Assembly: GCA_964016885.1 (NCBI GenBank) | Contig: OZ024740.1 | Location: 16,554,001-16,618,000, forward strand | From: Eledone cirrhosa | Lineage: Eukaryota | Length of the DNA: 64,000 nucleotides | Direction: 5' to 3' | Shown: positions 26,350 through 39,600 of the stretch, one piece after another | Numbering within the stretch: position 1 is the stretch's first letter | How the letters are laid out: the number at the start of each line of letters is the position of its first letter | Program-made: the position numbers and the translations under genes | Notes under the pieces: generated by a model | What the model was told of the DNA's origin: nothing | Database searches by the model: none | What the model saw: the letters and a program-made list of their open reading frames with translations, nothing else

Positions 26350-29300
26350 TGGACAGAGGTTTACAGGGAGATATCAGAGTAAATATAGTGGCTTCTGGAC
26401 AGAGGTTTACAGGGAGACATCAGTGTAAATATGGTGGCTTCTGGACAGAGCTTTACAGAGACACATTAGTGTAAATATGGTGGCTTCTAGACAGAGCTTT
26501 ACAGGGAGTTATCAGAGTAAATATAGTGGCTTCTGGACAGAGGTTTACAGGGAGACATCAGTGTAAATATGGTGGCTTCTAGACAGAGCTTTACAGGGAG
26601 ATATCAGTGTAAATATGGTGGCTTCTGGACAGAGGTTTACAAGGAGACATCAGTGTAAATATGGTGGCTTCTGGACAGAGCTTTACAGGGAGACATTAGT
26701 GTAAATATGGTGGCTTCTAGACAGAGCTTTACAGGGGGATATCAGAGGAAATATAGTGGCTTCTGGACAGAGGTTTACAAGGAAACATCAGTGTAAATAT
26801 GGTGGCATCTGGACAAAGGTTTACAGGGAGACATCAGTGTAAATATGGTGGCTTCTAGACAGAGCTTTACAGGGAGATATCAGAGTAAATATGGTGGCTT
26901 CTGGACATAGGTTTACAGGAAGACATCAGAGTAAATATGGTGGCTTCTAGACAGAGCTTTACAGGGAGATATCAGAGTAAATATGGTGGCTTCTGGACAG
27001 AGCTTTACAGGGAGACATCAGTGTAAATATTGTGGCTTCTAGACAGAGGTTTACAGGGAGACATCAGTGTAAATATGGTGGCTTCTAGACAGAGGTTTAC
27101 AGGGAGATATCAGTGTAAATATGGTGTTTTCTGGACAAAGCTTTACAGGGAGATATCAGAGTAAATATGGTGGCTTCTAGACAGAGGTTTACAGGGAGAT
27201 ATCAGTGTAAATATGGTGGCTTCTAGACAGAGGTTTACTGGGAGACATCAGTGTAAATATGGTGGCTTCTAGACAGAGCTTTACAGGGAGACATCAGTGT
27301 TAATATGGTGGCATCTGGACAAAGGTTTACAGGGACACATCAGTGTAAATATGGTGGCTTCTAGACAGAGCTTTACAGGGAGATATCAGAGTAAATATTG
27401 TGGCTTCTGGACAGAGGTTTACAGGGAGACATCAGTGTAAATATGGTGGCATCTGGACAAAGGTTTACAGGGACACATCAGTGTAAATATGGAAGCTTCT
27501 AGACAGAGCCTTACAGGGAGATATCAGTGTAAATATGGTGGCTTCTAGACAGAGGTTTACTGGGAGACATCAGTGTAAATATGGTGGCTTCTAGACAGAG
27601 CTTTACAGGGAGACATCAGTGTAAATATGGTGGCTTCTAGACAGAGCTTTACAGGGAGACATCAGTGTAAATATGGTGGCTTCTAGACAGAAGTTTACAG
27701 GGAGACATCAGTGTAAATATGGTGGGTTCTGGATAGAGGTTTACAGGGAGACATCAGTGTAAATATGGTGGCTTCTGGACAGAGGTTTACAGGGAGACAT
27801 CAGTGTAAATATGTGGGCTTCTAGACAGAGGTTTTCAGGGAGACATCAGTGTAAATATGGTGACTTCTGGATAGAGGTTTACAGGGAGACATCAGTGTAA
27901 ATATGGTGGCTTCTGGATAGAGGTTTACAGGGAGACATCAGTGTAAATATGGTGGCTTCTGGACAGAGGTTTACAGGGAGATATCAGTGTAAATATGGTG
28001 GCTTCTGGACAGAGGATTACAGGGAGACATCAATGTTAAATATGGTGGCTTCTAGACAGAGATTTACAGGGAGACATCAGTGTAAATATTGTGTCTTCTG
28101 GACAGAGGTTTACAAGGAGATATCAGTGTAAATATGGTGTCTTCTGGACAGAGCTTTACCGGGAGATATCAGAGTAAATATGGTGGCTTCTGGACAGAGC
28201 TTTACAGGGAGATATCAGAGTAAATATGGTGGCTTCTAGACAAAGATTTACAGGGAGACATCAGTGTAAATATAGTGGCTTCTGGAGAGAGGATTACAGG
28301 GAGACATGAGTGTAAATATGGTGGCTTCTAGACAGAGATTTACAGGGAGACATCAGTGTAAATATGGTGTCTTCTGGACAGAGGTTTACAGGGAGATATC
28401 AGTGTAAATGTGGTGTCTTCTGGACAGAGCTTTACAGGGAGATATCAGAGTAAATATGGTGGCTTCTAGATAAAGCTTTACAGGGAGACATCAGTGTAAA
28501 TATAGTGGCTTCTAGACAGAGGTTTACAGGGAGACATCAGTGTAAATGTGGTGGCATCTGGACAGAGGTTTACAATGAGACATCAGTGTAAATATGGTGG
28601 CTTCTGGACAGAGCTTTACAGGGAGACATCAGTGTAAATATGGTGGCTTCTAGACAGAGGTTTACAGGGAGACATCAGTGTAAATATGGTGGCTTCTAGA
28701 CAGAGGTTTACAGGGAGTCATCAGTGTAAATATGGTGTCTTCTGGACAGAGCTTTACAGGGAGATATCAGAGTAAATATGGTGGTTTCTGGGCAGAGCTT
28801 TACAGGGAGATATCAGAGTAAATATGGTGGCTTCTTGACAAAGCTTTACAGGGAGACATCAGTGTAAATATAGTGGCTTCTGGAGAGAGGATTACAGGGA
28901 GACATCAGTGTAAATATGGTGGCTTCTAGACAGAGGTTTACAGGGAGACATCAGTGTAAATATGGTGGCTTCTGGATAGAGGTTTACAGGGAGACATCAG
29001 TGTAAATATGGTGGCTTCTGGACAGAGGTTTACAGGGAGACATCAGTGTAAATATGGTGGCATCTAGACAGAGATTTACAGGGAGACATCAGAGTAAATA
29101 TGGTGGCTTCTAGATAGAGGTTTACCGGGAGACTTCAGTGTAAATATGGTGGCTTCTAGACAGAGGTTTACTGGGAGACATCACTGTAAATATGGTGGCT
29201 TCTAGACAGAGGTTTACTGAGAGACATCAGTGTAAATATGGTGGCTTCTAGACAAAGTTTTACAGGGAGACATCAGTGTAAATATGGTGGCTTCTAGACA

Positions 29301-32300
29301 GAGCTTTACAGGGAGACATCAGAGTAAATATGGTGGCTTCTAGACAGAGCTTTACAGGGAGACATCAGTGTAAAAATGGTTGCTTCTGTACAGAGGTTTA
29401 CAGGGATACATCAGTGTAAATATGGTGGCTTCTGGACAGATGTTTACAGGTAGACATCAGTGTAAATATGTTGGCTTCTAGACAGAGGTTTACAGGGAGA
29501 CATCAGTGTAAATATGGTGGCTTCTGGATAGAGGTTTACAGGGAGACATCAGTGTAAATATGGTGGCTTCTGGACAGAGGTTTACAGGGAGACATCAGTG
29601 TAAATATGGTGGCTTCTGGACAGAGCTTTACAGGGAGATATCAGTGTAAATATGGTGGCTTCTGGACAGAGGTCTACAGGGAGACATCAGTGTAAATATG
29701 GTGGCATCTGGACAGAGGTTTACAGGGAGACATAAGTGTAAATATGGTGGGCCTAGACAGGTTTACAAGGAGACATCTGTGTAAATATGGTGGCTTCTGG
29801 ACAGATGTTTACAGGGAGAAATCAGTGTAAATATGGTGGCTTCTAGACAGAGCTTTACAGGGAGACATCAGTGTAAATATGGTTGCTTCTAGACAGAGGT
29901 TTACAGGGAGACATCAGCGTAAATATGGTGGCTTCTGGACAGAGGTTTACAGGGAGACATCAGTGTATATATGGTGGCTTCTGGATAGAGGTTTGCAGGG
30001 AGACATCAGTGTAAATGTGGTGGCGTCTGGACAGAGGTTTACAGGGAGACATCAGTGTAAATATGGTGGCTTCTGGACAGAGGTTTACAGGGAGACATCA
30101 GTGTAAATATGGTGGCTTCTAGACAAAGCTTTACAGGGAGACATCAGTGTAAATATGGTGGCTTCTGGACAGAGGTTTACAGGGAGATATCAGAGTAAAT
30201 ATAGTGGCTTCTGGACAGAGGTTTACAGGGAGACATCAGTGTAAATATGGTGGCTTCTGGACAGAGCTTTACAGAGACACATTAGTGTAAATATGGTGGC
30301 TTCTAGACAGAGCTTTACAGGGAGTTATCAGAGTAAATATAGTGGCTTCTGGACAGAGGTTTACAGGGAGACATCAGTGTAAATATGGTGGCTTCTAGAC
30401 AGAGCTTTACAGGGAGATATCAGTGTAAATATGGTGGCTTCTGGACAGAGGTTTACAAGGAGACATCAGTGTAAATATGGTGGCTTCTGGACAGAGCTTT
30501 ACAGGGAGACATTAGTGTAAATATGGTGGCTTCTAGACAGAGCTTTACAGGGGGATATCAGAGGAAATATAGTGGCTTCTGGACAGAGGTTTACAAGGAG
30601 ACATCAGTGTAAATATGGTGGCATCTGGACAAAGGTTTACAGGGAGACATCAGTGTAAATATGGTGGCTTCTAGACAGAGCTTTACAGGGAGATATCAGA
30701 GTAAATATGGTGGCTTCTGGACATAGGTTTACAGGAAGACATCAGTGTAAATATGGTGGCTTCTAGACTGAGGTTTACAGGGAGACATCAGTGTAAATGT
30801 GGTGGCTTCTGGACAGAGGTTTACAGGGAGACATTAGTGTAATTATGGTGGCTTCTAGACAGAGCTTTACAGGGAGATATCAGAGTAAATATGGTGGCTT
30901 CTGGACAGAGCTTTACAGGGAGACATCAGTGTAAATATTGTGGCTTCTAGACAGAGGTTTACAGGGAGACATCAGTGTAAATATGGTGGCTTCTAGACAG
31001 AGGTTTACAGGGAGATATCAGTGTAAATATGGTGTTTTCTGGACAAAGCTTTACAGGGAGATATCAGAGTAAATATGGTGGCTTCTAGACAAAGCTTTAC
31101 AGGGAGACATCAGTGTAAATATGGTGGCTTCTAGACAGAGGTTTACTGGGAGACATCAGTGTAAATATGGTGGCTTCTAGACAGAGCTTTACAGGGAGAC
31201 ATCAGTGTTAATATGGTGGCATCTGGACAAAGGTTTACAGGGACACATCAGTGTAAATATGGTGGCTTCTAGACAGAGCTTTACAGGGAGATATCAGAGT
31301 AAATATTGTGGCTTCTGGACAGAGGTTTACAGGGAGACATCAGTGTAAATATGGTGGCATCTGGACAAAGGTTTACAGGGACACATCAGTGTAAATATGG
31401 AGGCTTCTAGACAGAGCTTTACAGGGAGACATTAGTGTAAATATGGTTGCTTCTAGACAGAGCCTTACAGGGTGATATCAGTGTAAATATGGTGGCTTCT
31501 AGACAGAAGTTTACAGGGAGACATCAGTGTAAATATGGTGGGTTCTGGATAGAGGTTTACAGGGAGACATCAGTGTAAATATGGTGGCTTCTGGACAGAG
31601 GTTTACAGGGAGACATCAGTGTAAATATGTGGGCTTCTAGACAGAGGTTTTCAGGGAGACATCAGTGTAAATATGGTGACTTCTGGATAGAGGTTTACAG
31701 GGAGACATCAGTGTAAATATGGTGGCTTCTGGATAGAGGTTTACAGGGAGACATCAGTGTAAATATGGTGGCTTCTGGACAGAGGTTTACAGGGAGATAT
31801 CAGTGTAAATATGGTGGCTTCTGGACAGAGGATTACAGGGAGACATCAGTGTTAAATATGGTGGCTTCTAGACAGAGATTTACAGGGAGACATCAGTGTA
31901 AATATTGTGTCTTCTGGACAGAGGTTTACAAGGAGATATCAGTGTAAATATGGTGTCTTCTGGACAGAGCTTTACCGGGAGATATCAGAGTAAATATGGT
32001 GGCTTCTGGACAGAGCTTTACAGGGAGATATCAGAGTAAATATGGTGGCTTCTAGACAAAGATTTACAGGGAGACATCAGTGTAAATATAGTGGCTTCTG
32101 GAGAGAGGATTACAGGGAGACATGAGTGTAAATATGGTGGCTTCTAGACAGAGATTTACAGGGAGACATCAGTGTAAATATGGTGTCTTCTGGACAGAGG
32201 TTTACAGGGAGATATCAGTGTAAATGTGGTGTCTTCTGGACAGAGCTTTACAGGGAGATATCAGAGTAAATATGGTGGCTTCTAGATAAAGCTTTACAGG

Positions 32301-33900
32301 GAGACATCAGTGTAAATATAGTGGCTTCTAGACAGAGGTTTACAGGGAGACATCAGTGTAAATGTGGTGGCATCTGGACAGAGGTTTACAATGAGACATC
32401 AGTGTAAATATGGTGGCTTCTGGACAGAGCTTTACAGGGAGACATCAGTGTAAATATGGTGGCTTCTAGACAGAGGTTTACAGGGAGACATCAGTGTAAA
32501 TATGGTGGCTTCTAGACAGAGGTTTACAGGGAGTCATCAGTGTAAATATGGTGTCTTCTGGACAGAGCTTTACAGGGAGATATCAGAGTAAATATGGTGG
32601 TTTCTGGGCAGAGCTTTACAGGGAGATATCAGAGTAAATATGGTGGCTTCTAGACAAAGCTTTACAGGGAGACATCAGTGTAAATATAGTGGCTTCTGGA
32701 GAGAGGATTACAGGGAGACATCAGTGTAAATATGGTGGCTTCTAGACAGAGGTTTACAGGGAGACATCAGTGTAAATATGGTGGCTTCTGGATAGAGGTT
32801 TACAGGGAGACATCAGTGTAAATATGGTGGCTTCTGGACAGAGGTTTACAGGGAGACATCAGTGTAAATATGGTGGCATCTAGACAGAGATTTACAGGGA
32901 GACATCAGAGTAAATATGGTGGCTTCTAGATAGAGGTTTACCGGGAGACTTCAGTGTAAATATGGTGGCTTCTAGACAGAGGTTTACTGGGAGACATCAC
33001 TGTAAATATGGTGGCTTCTAGACAGAGGTTTACTGAGAGACATCAGTGTAAATATGGTGGCTTCTAGACAAAGTTTTACAGGGAGACATCAGTGTAAATA
33101 TGGTGGCTTCTAGACAGAGCTTTACAGGGAGACATCAGAGTAAATATGGTGGCTTCTAGACAGAGCTTTACAGGGAGACATCAGTGTAAAAATGGTTGCT
33201 TCTGTACAGAGGTTTACAGGGATACATCAGTGTAAATATGGTGGCTTCTGGACAGATGTTTACAGGTAGACATCAGGGTAAATATGTTGGCTTCTAGACA
33301 GAGGTTTACAGGGAGACATCAGTGTAAATATGGTGGCTTCTGGATAGAGGTTTACAGGGAGACATCAGTGTAAATATGGTGGCTTCTGGACAGAGGTTTA
33401 CAGGGAGACATCAGTGTAAATATGGTGGCTTCTGGACAGAGCTTTACAGGGAGATATCAGTGTAAATATGGTGGCTTCTGGACAGAGGTCTACAGGGAGA
33501 CATCAGTGTAAATATGGTGGCATCTGGACAGAGGTTTACAGGGAGACATAAGTGTAAATATGGTGGGCCTAGACAGGTTTACAAGGAGACATCTGTGTAA
33601 ATATGGTGGCTTCTGGACAGATGTTTACAGGGAGAAATCAGTGTAAATATGGTGGCTTCTAGACAGAGCTTTACAGGGAGACATCAGTGTAAATATGGTT
33701 GCTTCTGGACAGAGGTTTACAGGGTGACATCAGCGTAAATATGGTGGCTTCTGGACAGAGGTTTACAGGGAGACATCAGTGTATATATGGTGGCTTCTGG
33801 ATAGAGGTTTGCAGGGAGACATCAGTGTAAATGTGGTGGCGTCTGGACAGAGGTTTACAGGGAGACATCAGTGTAAATATGGTGGCTTCTGGACAGAGGT
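26350..33900 (+). repeat. Tandem duplication of an about 3,816-bp (83-monomer) unit: about 26350-30110 and 30165-33900
   Basis: agagacacattag (~26457/~30273), ggacataggtttacagga, ggtgggttct, atgtgggctt, +1 indel tgttaaatat (~28034/~31850), ctagataaagc, ggtggcgtctgg (~30019/~33835). ORFs 27949/31765 differ by 3,816 = 83 x 46 - 2, matching the visible +1 and -3 indels. Confidence 0.9.
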
Positions 33901-36150
33901 TTACAGGGAGATATCAATGTAAATATGGTGGCTTATGGACAGAGGTTTACAGGGAGACATCAGTGTAAATATGGTGGCTTCTAGACAGAGCTTTACAGGG
34001 AGACATTAGTGTAAATATGGTGGCTTCTGGACAGAGGTTTACAGGGAGATATCAGAGTAAATATGGTGGCTTCTAGACAAAGCTTTACATGGAGACATCA
34101 GTGTAAATGTGGTGGCTTCTAGACAGAGGTTTACAGGGAGACATCTGTGTAAATATGGTGGCTTCTAGACAAAGTTTTACAGGGAGAAATCAGTGTAAAT
34201 ATGGTGGCTTCTAGACAGAGCTTTACAGGGAGACATCAGTGTAAATATGGTGGCTTCTAGACAGAGCTTTACAGGGAGACATCAGTGTAAAAATGGTTGC
34301 TTCTGGACAGAGGTTTACAGGGAGACATCAGTGTAAATATGGTGGCTTCTGGACAGATGTTTACAGGGAGACATCAGTGTAAATATATTGGCTTCTAGAC
34401 AGAGGTTTACAGGGAGACATCAGTGTAAATATGGTGGCTTCTGGATAGACGTTTACAGGGAGACATCAGTGTAAATATGGTGGCTTCTGGACAGAGGTTT
34501 ACAGGGAGACATCAGTGTAAATATGGTGGCAGCTGGACAGAGGTTTACAGGGACACATCAGTGTAAATATGGTGGCTTCTGGACAGAGCTTTACAGGGAG
34601 ACATCAGTGGTGTAAATATGGTGGCTTCTGGACAGAGATTTACAGGGAGACATCAGTGTAAATATGGTGGCATCTGGACAAAGGTTTACAGGGACACATC
34701 AGTGTAAATATGGTGACTTCTAGACAGAGCTTTTCAGGGAGATATCAGAGTAAATATGGTGGCTTCTGGACAGAGGTTTACAAGGAGACATCAGTGTAAA
34801 TATGGTGGCTTCTAGACGGAGGTTTACAGGGAGACATCAGTATAAATATGATGGCTTCTGGATAGAGGTTTACAGGGAGACATCAGTGTAAATATGGTGG
34901 CTTCTGGACAGAGTTTACAGGGAGGCATTAGTGTAAATATGGTGGCTTCTGGACAGAGGTTTATAGGGAGATATCAGTGTTAATATGGTGGCTTCTGGAC
35001 AGAGGTTTACAGGGAGACATCAGTGTAAATGTGGTGGCATCTGGACAGAGGTTTACAATGAGACATCGGTGTAAATATGGTGGCTTCTGGACAGAGCTTT
35101 ACAGGGAGACATCAGTGTAAATATGGTGGCTTCTAGACAGAGGTTTACAGGGAGACATCAGTGTAAATATGGTGGCTTCTAGACAGAGGTTTACAGGGAG
35201 ACATCAGTCTAAATATGGTGGTTTCTAGACGGAGGTTTACAGGGAGATATCAGTGTAAATATGGTGTCTTCTGGACAGAGGTTTACAGGGAGATATCAGT
35301 GTAAATATGGTGTCTTCTGGACAGAGCTTTACAGGGAGATATCAGAGTAAATATGGTGGCTTCTGGACAGAGCTTTACAGGGAGATATCAGAGTAAATAT
35401 GGTGGCTTCTAGACAAAGCTTTACAGGGAGACATCAGTGTAAATATGGTGGCATCTAGACAGAGATTTACAGGGAGACATCAGAGTAAATATGGTGGCTT
35501 CTAGATAGAGGTTTACAGGAAGACTTCAGTGTAAATATGGTGGCTTCTAGACAGACGTTTACTGGGAGACATCAGTGTAAATATGGTGGCTTCTAGACAG
35601 AGCTTTACAGGGAGACATCAGTGTAAATATGGTGGCTTCTGGACAGAGGTTTACAGGGAGATATCAGTGTAAATATGGTGGCTTCTAGACAGAGCTTTAC
35701 AGGGAGACATCAATGTAAATATGGTGGATTCTGGACAGAGGTTTACATGGAGACATCAGTGTAAATATGGTGGCATCTGGACAGAGGTTTACAGCGAGAC
35801 ATCAGTGTAAATATGGTGGTTTCTGGACAGAGCTTTACAGAGAGACATTAGTGTAAATATGGTGGCTTCTAGACAGAGGTTTACAGGGAGACATCAGTGT
35901 AAATATGGTGGCATCTGGACAAAGGTTTACAGGGACACATCAGTGTAAATATGGTGGCTTCTAGACAGAGCTTTACAGCGAGATGTCAGAGTAAATATGG
36001 TGGCTTCTAGACAGAGGTTTACAGGGAGATATCAGAGTAAATATGGTGGCTTCTGGACAGAGGTTTACAGGGAGACATCAGTGTAAATATGGTGGCTTCT
36101 AGACAGAGGTTTACAGGTAGAGATCAGTGTAAATATGGTGGCTTCTAGAC
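33481..36150 (+). repeat. Further, more diverged copy of block about 1-2640
   Basis: Begins gacagaggtctacag as at position 1 and carries the 43-, 49- and 45-bp indel units (~33565, ~34605, ~34907) and cagtctaaat (~35205) in order, with extra private substitutions. Confidence 0.82.
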
Positions 36151-36699
36151 GGAGGTTTACAGGGAGACATAAGTGTAAATATGGTGGCTTCTGGACAGAG
36201 CTTTACAGGGAGACATCAGTGTAAATATCGTGGCTTCTGGACAGAGGTTTACAGGGAGACATCAGTGTAAATATGGTTGCTTCTAGACAGAGGTTTACAG
36301 GGAGACATCAGTGTAAATATGGTGGCTTCTGGACAGAGCTTTACAGGGAGATATCAGAGTAAATATGGTGGCTTCTGGACAGAGCTTTACAGGGAGATAT
36401 CAGAGTAAATATGGTGGCTTCTAGACAAAGCTTTACAGGGAGACATCAGAGTAAATATGGTGGCATCTAGACAGAGATTTACAGGGAGACATCAGAGTAA
36501 ATATGGTGGCTTCTAGATAGAGGTTTACAGGGAGACTTCAGTGTAAATATGGTGGCTTCTAGACAGACGTTTACTGGGAGACATCAGTGTAAATATGGTG
36601 GCTTCTAGACAGAGCTTTACAGGGAGACATCAGTGTAAATATGGTGGCTTCTGGACAGAGGTTTACAGGGAGATATCAGTGTAAATATGGTGGCTTCTA

Positions 36700-39600
36700 G
36701 ACAGAGCTTTACAGGGAGACATCAATGTAAATATGGTGGCTTCTAGACAGAGGTTTACAGGGAGATATCAGAGTAAATATGGTGGCTTCTGGACAGAGGT
36801 TTACAGGGAGACATCAGTGTAAATATGGTGGCTTCTAGACAGAGGTTTACAGGTCGAGATCAGTGTAAATATGGTGGCTTCTAGACGGAGGTTTACAGGG
36901 AGATATCAGTGTAAATATGGTGTCTTCTGGACAGAGGTTTACAGGGAGATATTAGTGTAAATATGGTGTCTTCTGGACAGAGGTTTACTGGGAGACATTA
37001 GTGTAAATATGGTGGCTTCTGGACAGAGCTTTACAGGGAGACATCAGTGTAAATATCGTGGCTTCTGGACAGAGGTTTACAGGGAGACATCAGTGTAAAT
37101 ATGGTTGCTTCTAGACAGAGGTTTACAGGGAGACATCAGTGTAAATATGGTGGCTTCTGGACAGAGGTTTACAGGGAGACATCAGTGTAAAAATGGTGGC
37201 TTCTGGACAGAGGTTTACAGGGAGACATCAGTGTAAATATGGTGGCTTCTGGACAGAGGTTTACAGGGCGACATCAGTGTAAATATGTTGGCTTCTAGAC
37301 AGATGTTTACAGGGAGACATCAGTGTAAATATGGTGGCTTCTGGATAGAGGTTTACAGGGAGACATCAGTGTAAATATGGTGGCTTCTGGACAGAGGTTT
37401 ACAGGGTGACATCAGTGTAAATATGGTGTCTTCTGGACAGAGGTTTACAGTGAGATATCAGTGTAAATGTGGTGTCTTCTGGACAGAGCTTTACAGGGAG
37501 ATATCAGAGTAAATATGGTGGCTTCTAGACAAAGCTTTACAGGGAGACATCAGTGTAAATATAATGTCTTCTGGAGAGAGGATTACAGGGAGACATCAGT
37601 GTAAATATGGTGGCTTCTAGACAGAGGTTTACAGGGAGACATCAGTGTAAATATGGTGGCTTCTAGACAGAGCTTTACAGGGAGACATTAGTGTAAATAT
37701 GGTGGCTTCTGGACAGAGGTTTACAGGGAGATATCAGAGTAAATATGGTGGCTTCTAGACAAAGCTTTACATGGAGACATCAGTGTAAATGTGGTGGCTT
37801 CTAGACAGAGGTTTACTGGGAGACATCTGTGTAAATATGGTGGCTTCTAGACAAAGTTTTACAGGGAGAAATCAGTGTAAATATGGTGGCTTCTAGACAG
37901 AGCTTTACAGGGAGACATCAGTGTAAATATGGTGGCTTCTAGACAGAGCTTTACAGGGAGACATCAGTGTAAAAATGGTTGCTTCTGGACAGAGGTTTAC
38001 AGGGAGACATCAGTGTAAATATGGTGGCTTCTGGACAGATGTTTACAGGGAGACATCAGTGTAAATATATTGGCTTCTAGACAGAGGTTTACAGGGAGAC
38101 ATCAGTGTAAATATGGTGGCTTCTGGATAGAGGTTTACAGGGAGACATCAGTGTAAATATGGTGGCTTCTGGACAGAGGTTTACAGGGAGACATCAGTGT
38201 AAATATGGTGGCAGCTGGACAGAGGTTTACAGGGACACATCAGTGTAAATATGGTGGCTTCTGGACAGAGGTTTACAGGGAGATATCAGTGTTAATATGG
38301 TGGCTTCTAGACAGAGGTTTACAGGGATATTTTAGTGTAAATATGGTGGCTTCTGGACAGAGGTTTACAGGGAGACATCAGTGTAAATATGGTGGCTTCT
38401 AGACAGAGCTTTACAGGGAGATATCAGTGTAAATATTGTGTCTTCTGGACAGAGGTTTACAAGGAGATATCAGTGTAAATATGGTGTCTTCTGGACAGAG
38501 CTTTACCGGGAGATATCAGAGTAAATATGGTGGCTTCTGGACAGAGCTTTACAGGGAGATATCAGAGTAAATATGGTGGCTTCTAGACAAAGATTTACAG
38601 GGAGACATCAGTGTAAATATAGTGGCTTCTGGAGAGAGGATTACAGGGAGACATGAGTGTAAATATGGTGGCTTCTAGACAGAGCTTTACAGCGAGATGT
38701 CAGAGTAAATATGGTGGCTTCTAGACAGAGGTTTACAGGGAGATATCAGAGTAAATATGGTGGCTTCTGGACAGAGGTTTACAGGGAGACATCAGTGTAA
38801 ATATGGTGGCTTCTAGACAGAGGTTTACAGGTAGAGATCAGTGTAAATATGGTGGCTTCTAGACGGAGGTTTACAGGGAGATATCAGTGTAAATATGGTG
38901 TCTTCTGGACAGAGGTTTACAGGGAGATATTAGTGTAAATATGGTGTCTTCTGGACAGAGGTTTACAGGGAGACATTAGTGTAAATATGGTGGCTTCTGG
39001 ACAGAGCTTTACAGGGAGACATCAGTGTAAATATCGTGGCTTCTGGACAGAGGTTTACAGGGAGACATCAGTGTAAATATGGTTGCTTCTAGACAGAGGT
39101 TTACAGGGAGACATCAGTGTAAATATGGTGGATTCTGGGCAGAGGTTTACAGGAAGACATCAGTGTAAATATGGTGGCTTCTAGACAGAGGTTTACAGGG
39201 AGACATCAGTGTAAATATGGTTGCTTCTAGACAGAGGTTTACAGGGAGACATCAGTGTAAATATGGTGGCTTCTGGACAGAGCTTTACAGGGAGATATCA
39301 GAGTAAATATGGTGGCTTCTGGACAGAGCTTTACAGGGAGATATCAGAGTAAATATGGTGGCTTCTAGACAAAGCTTTACAGGGAGACATCAGAGTAAAT
39401 ATGGTGGCATCTATACAGAGATTTACAGGGAGACATCAGAGTAAATATGGTGGCTTCTAGATAGAGGTTTACAGGGAGACTTCAGTGTAAATATGGTGGC
39501 TTCTAGACTGACGTTTACTGGGAGACATCTGTGTAAATATGGTGGCTTCTAGACAGAGCTTTACAGGGAGACATCAGTGTAAATATGGTGGCTTCTGGAC

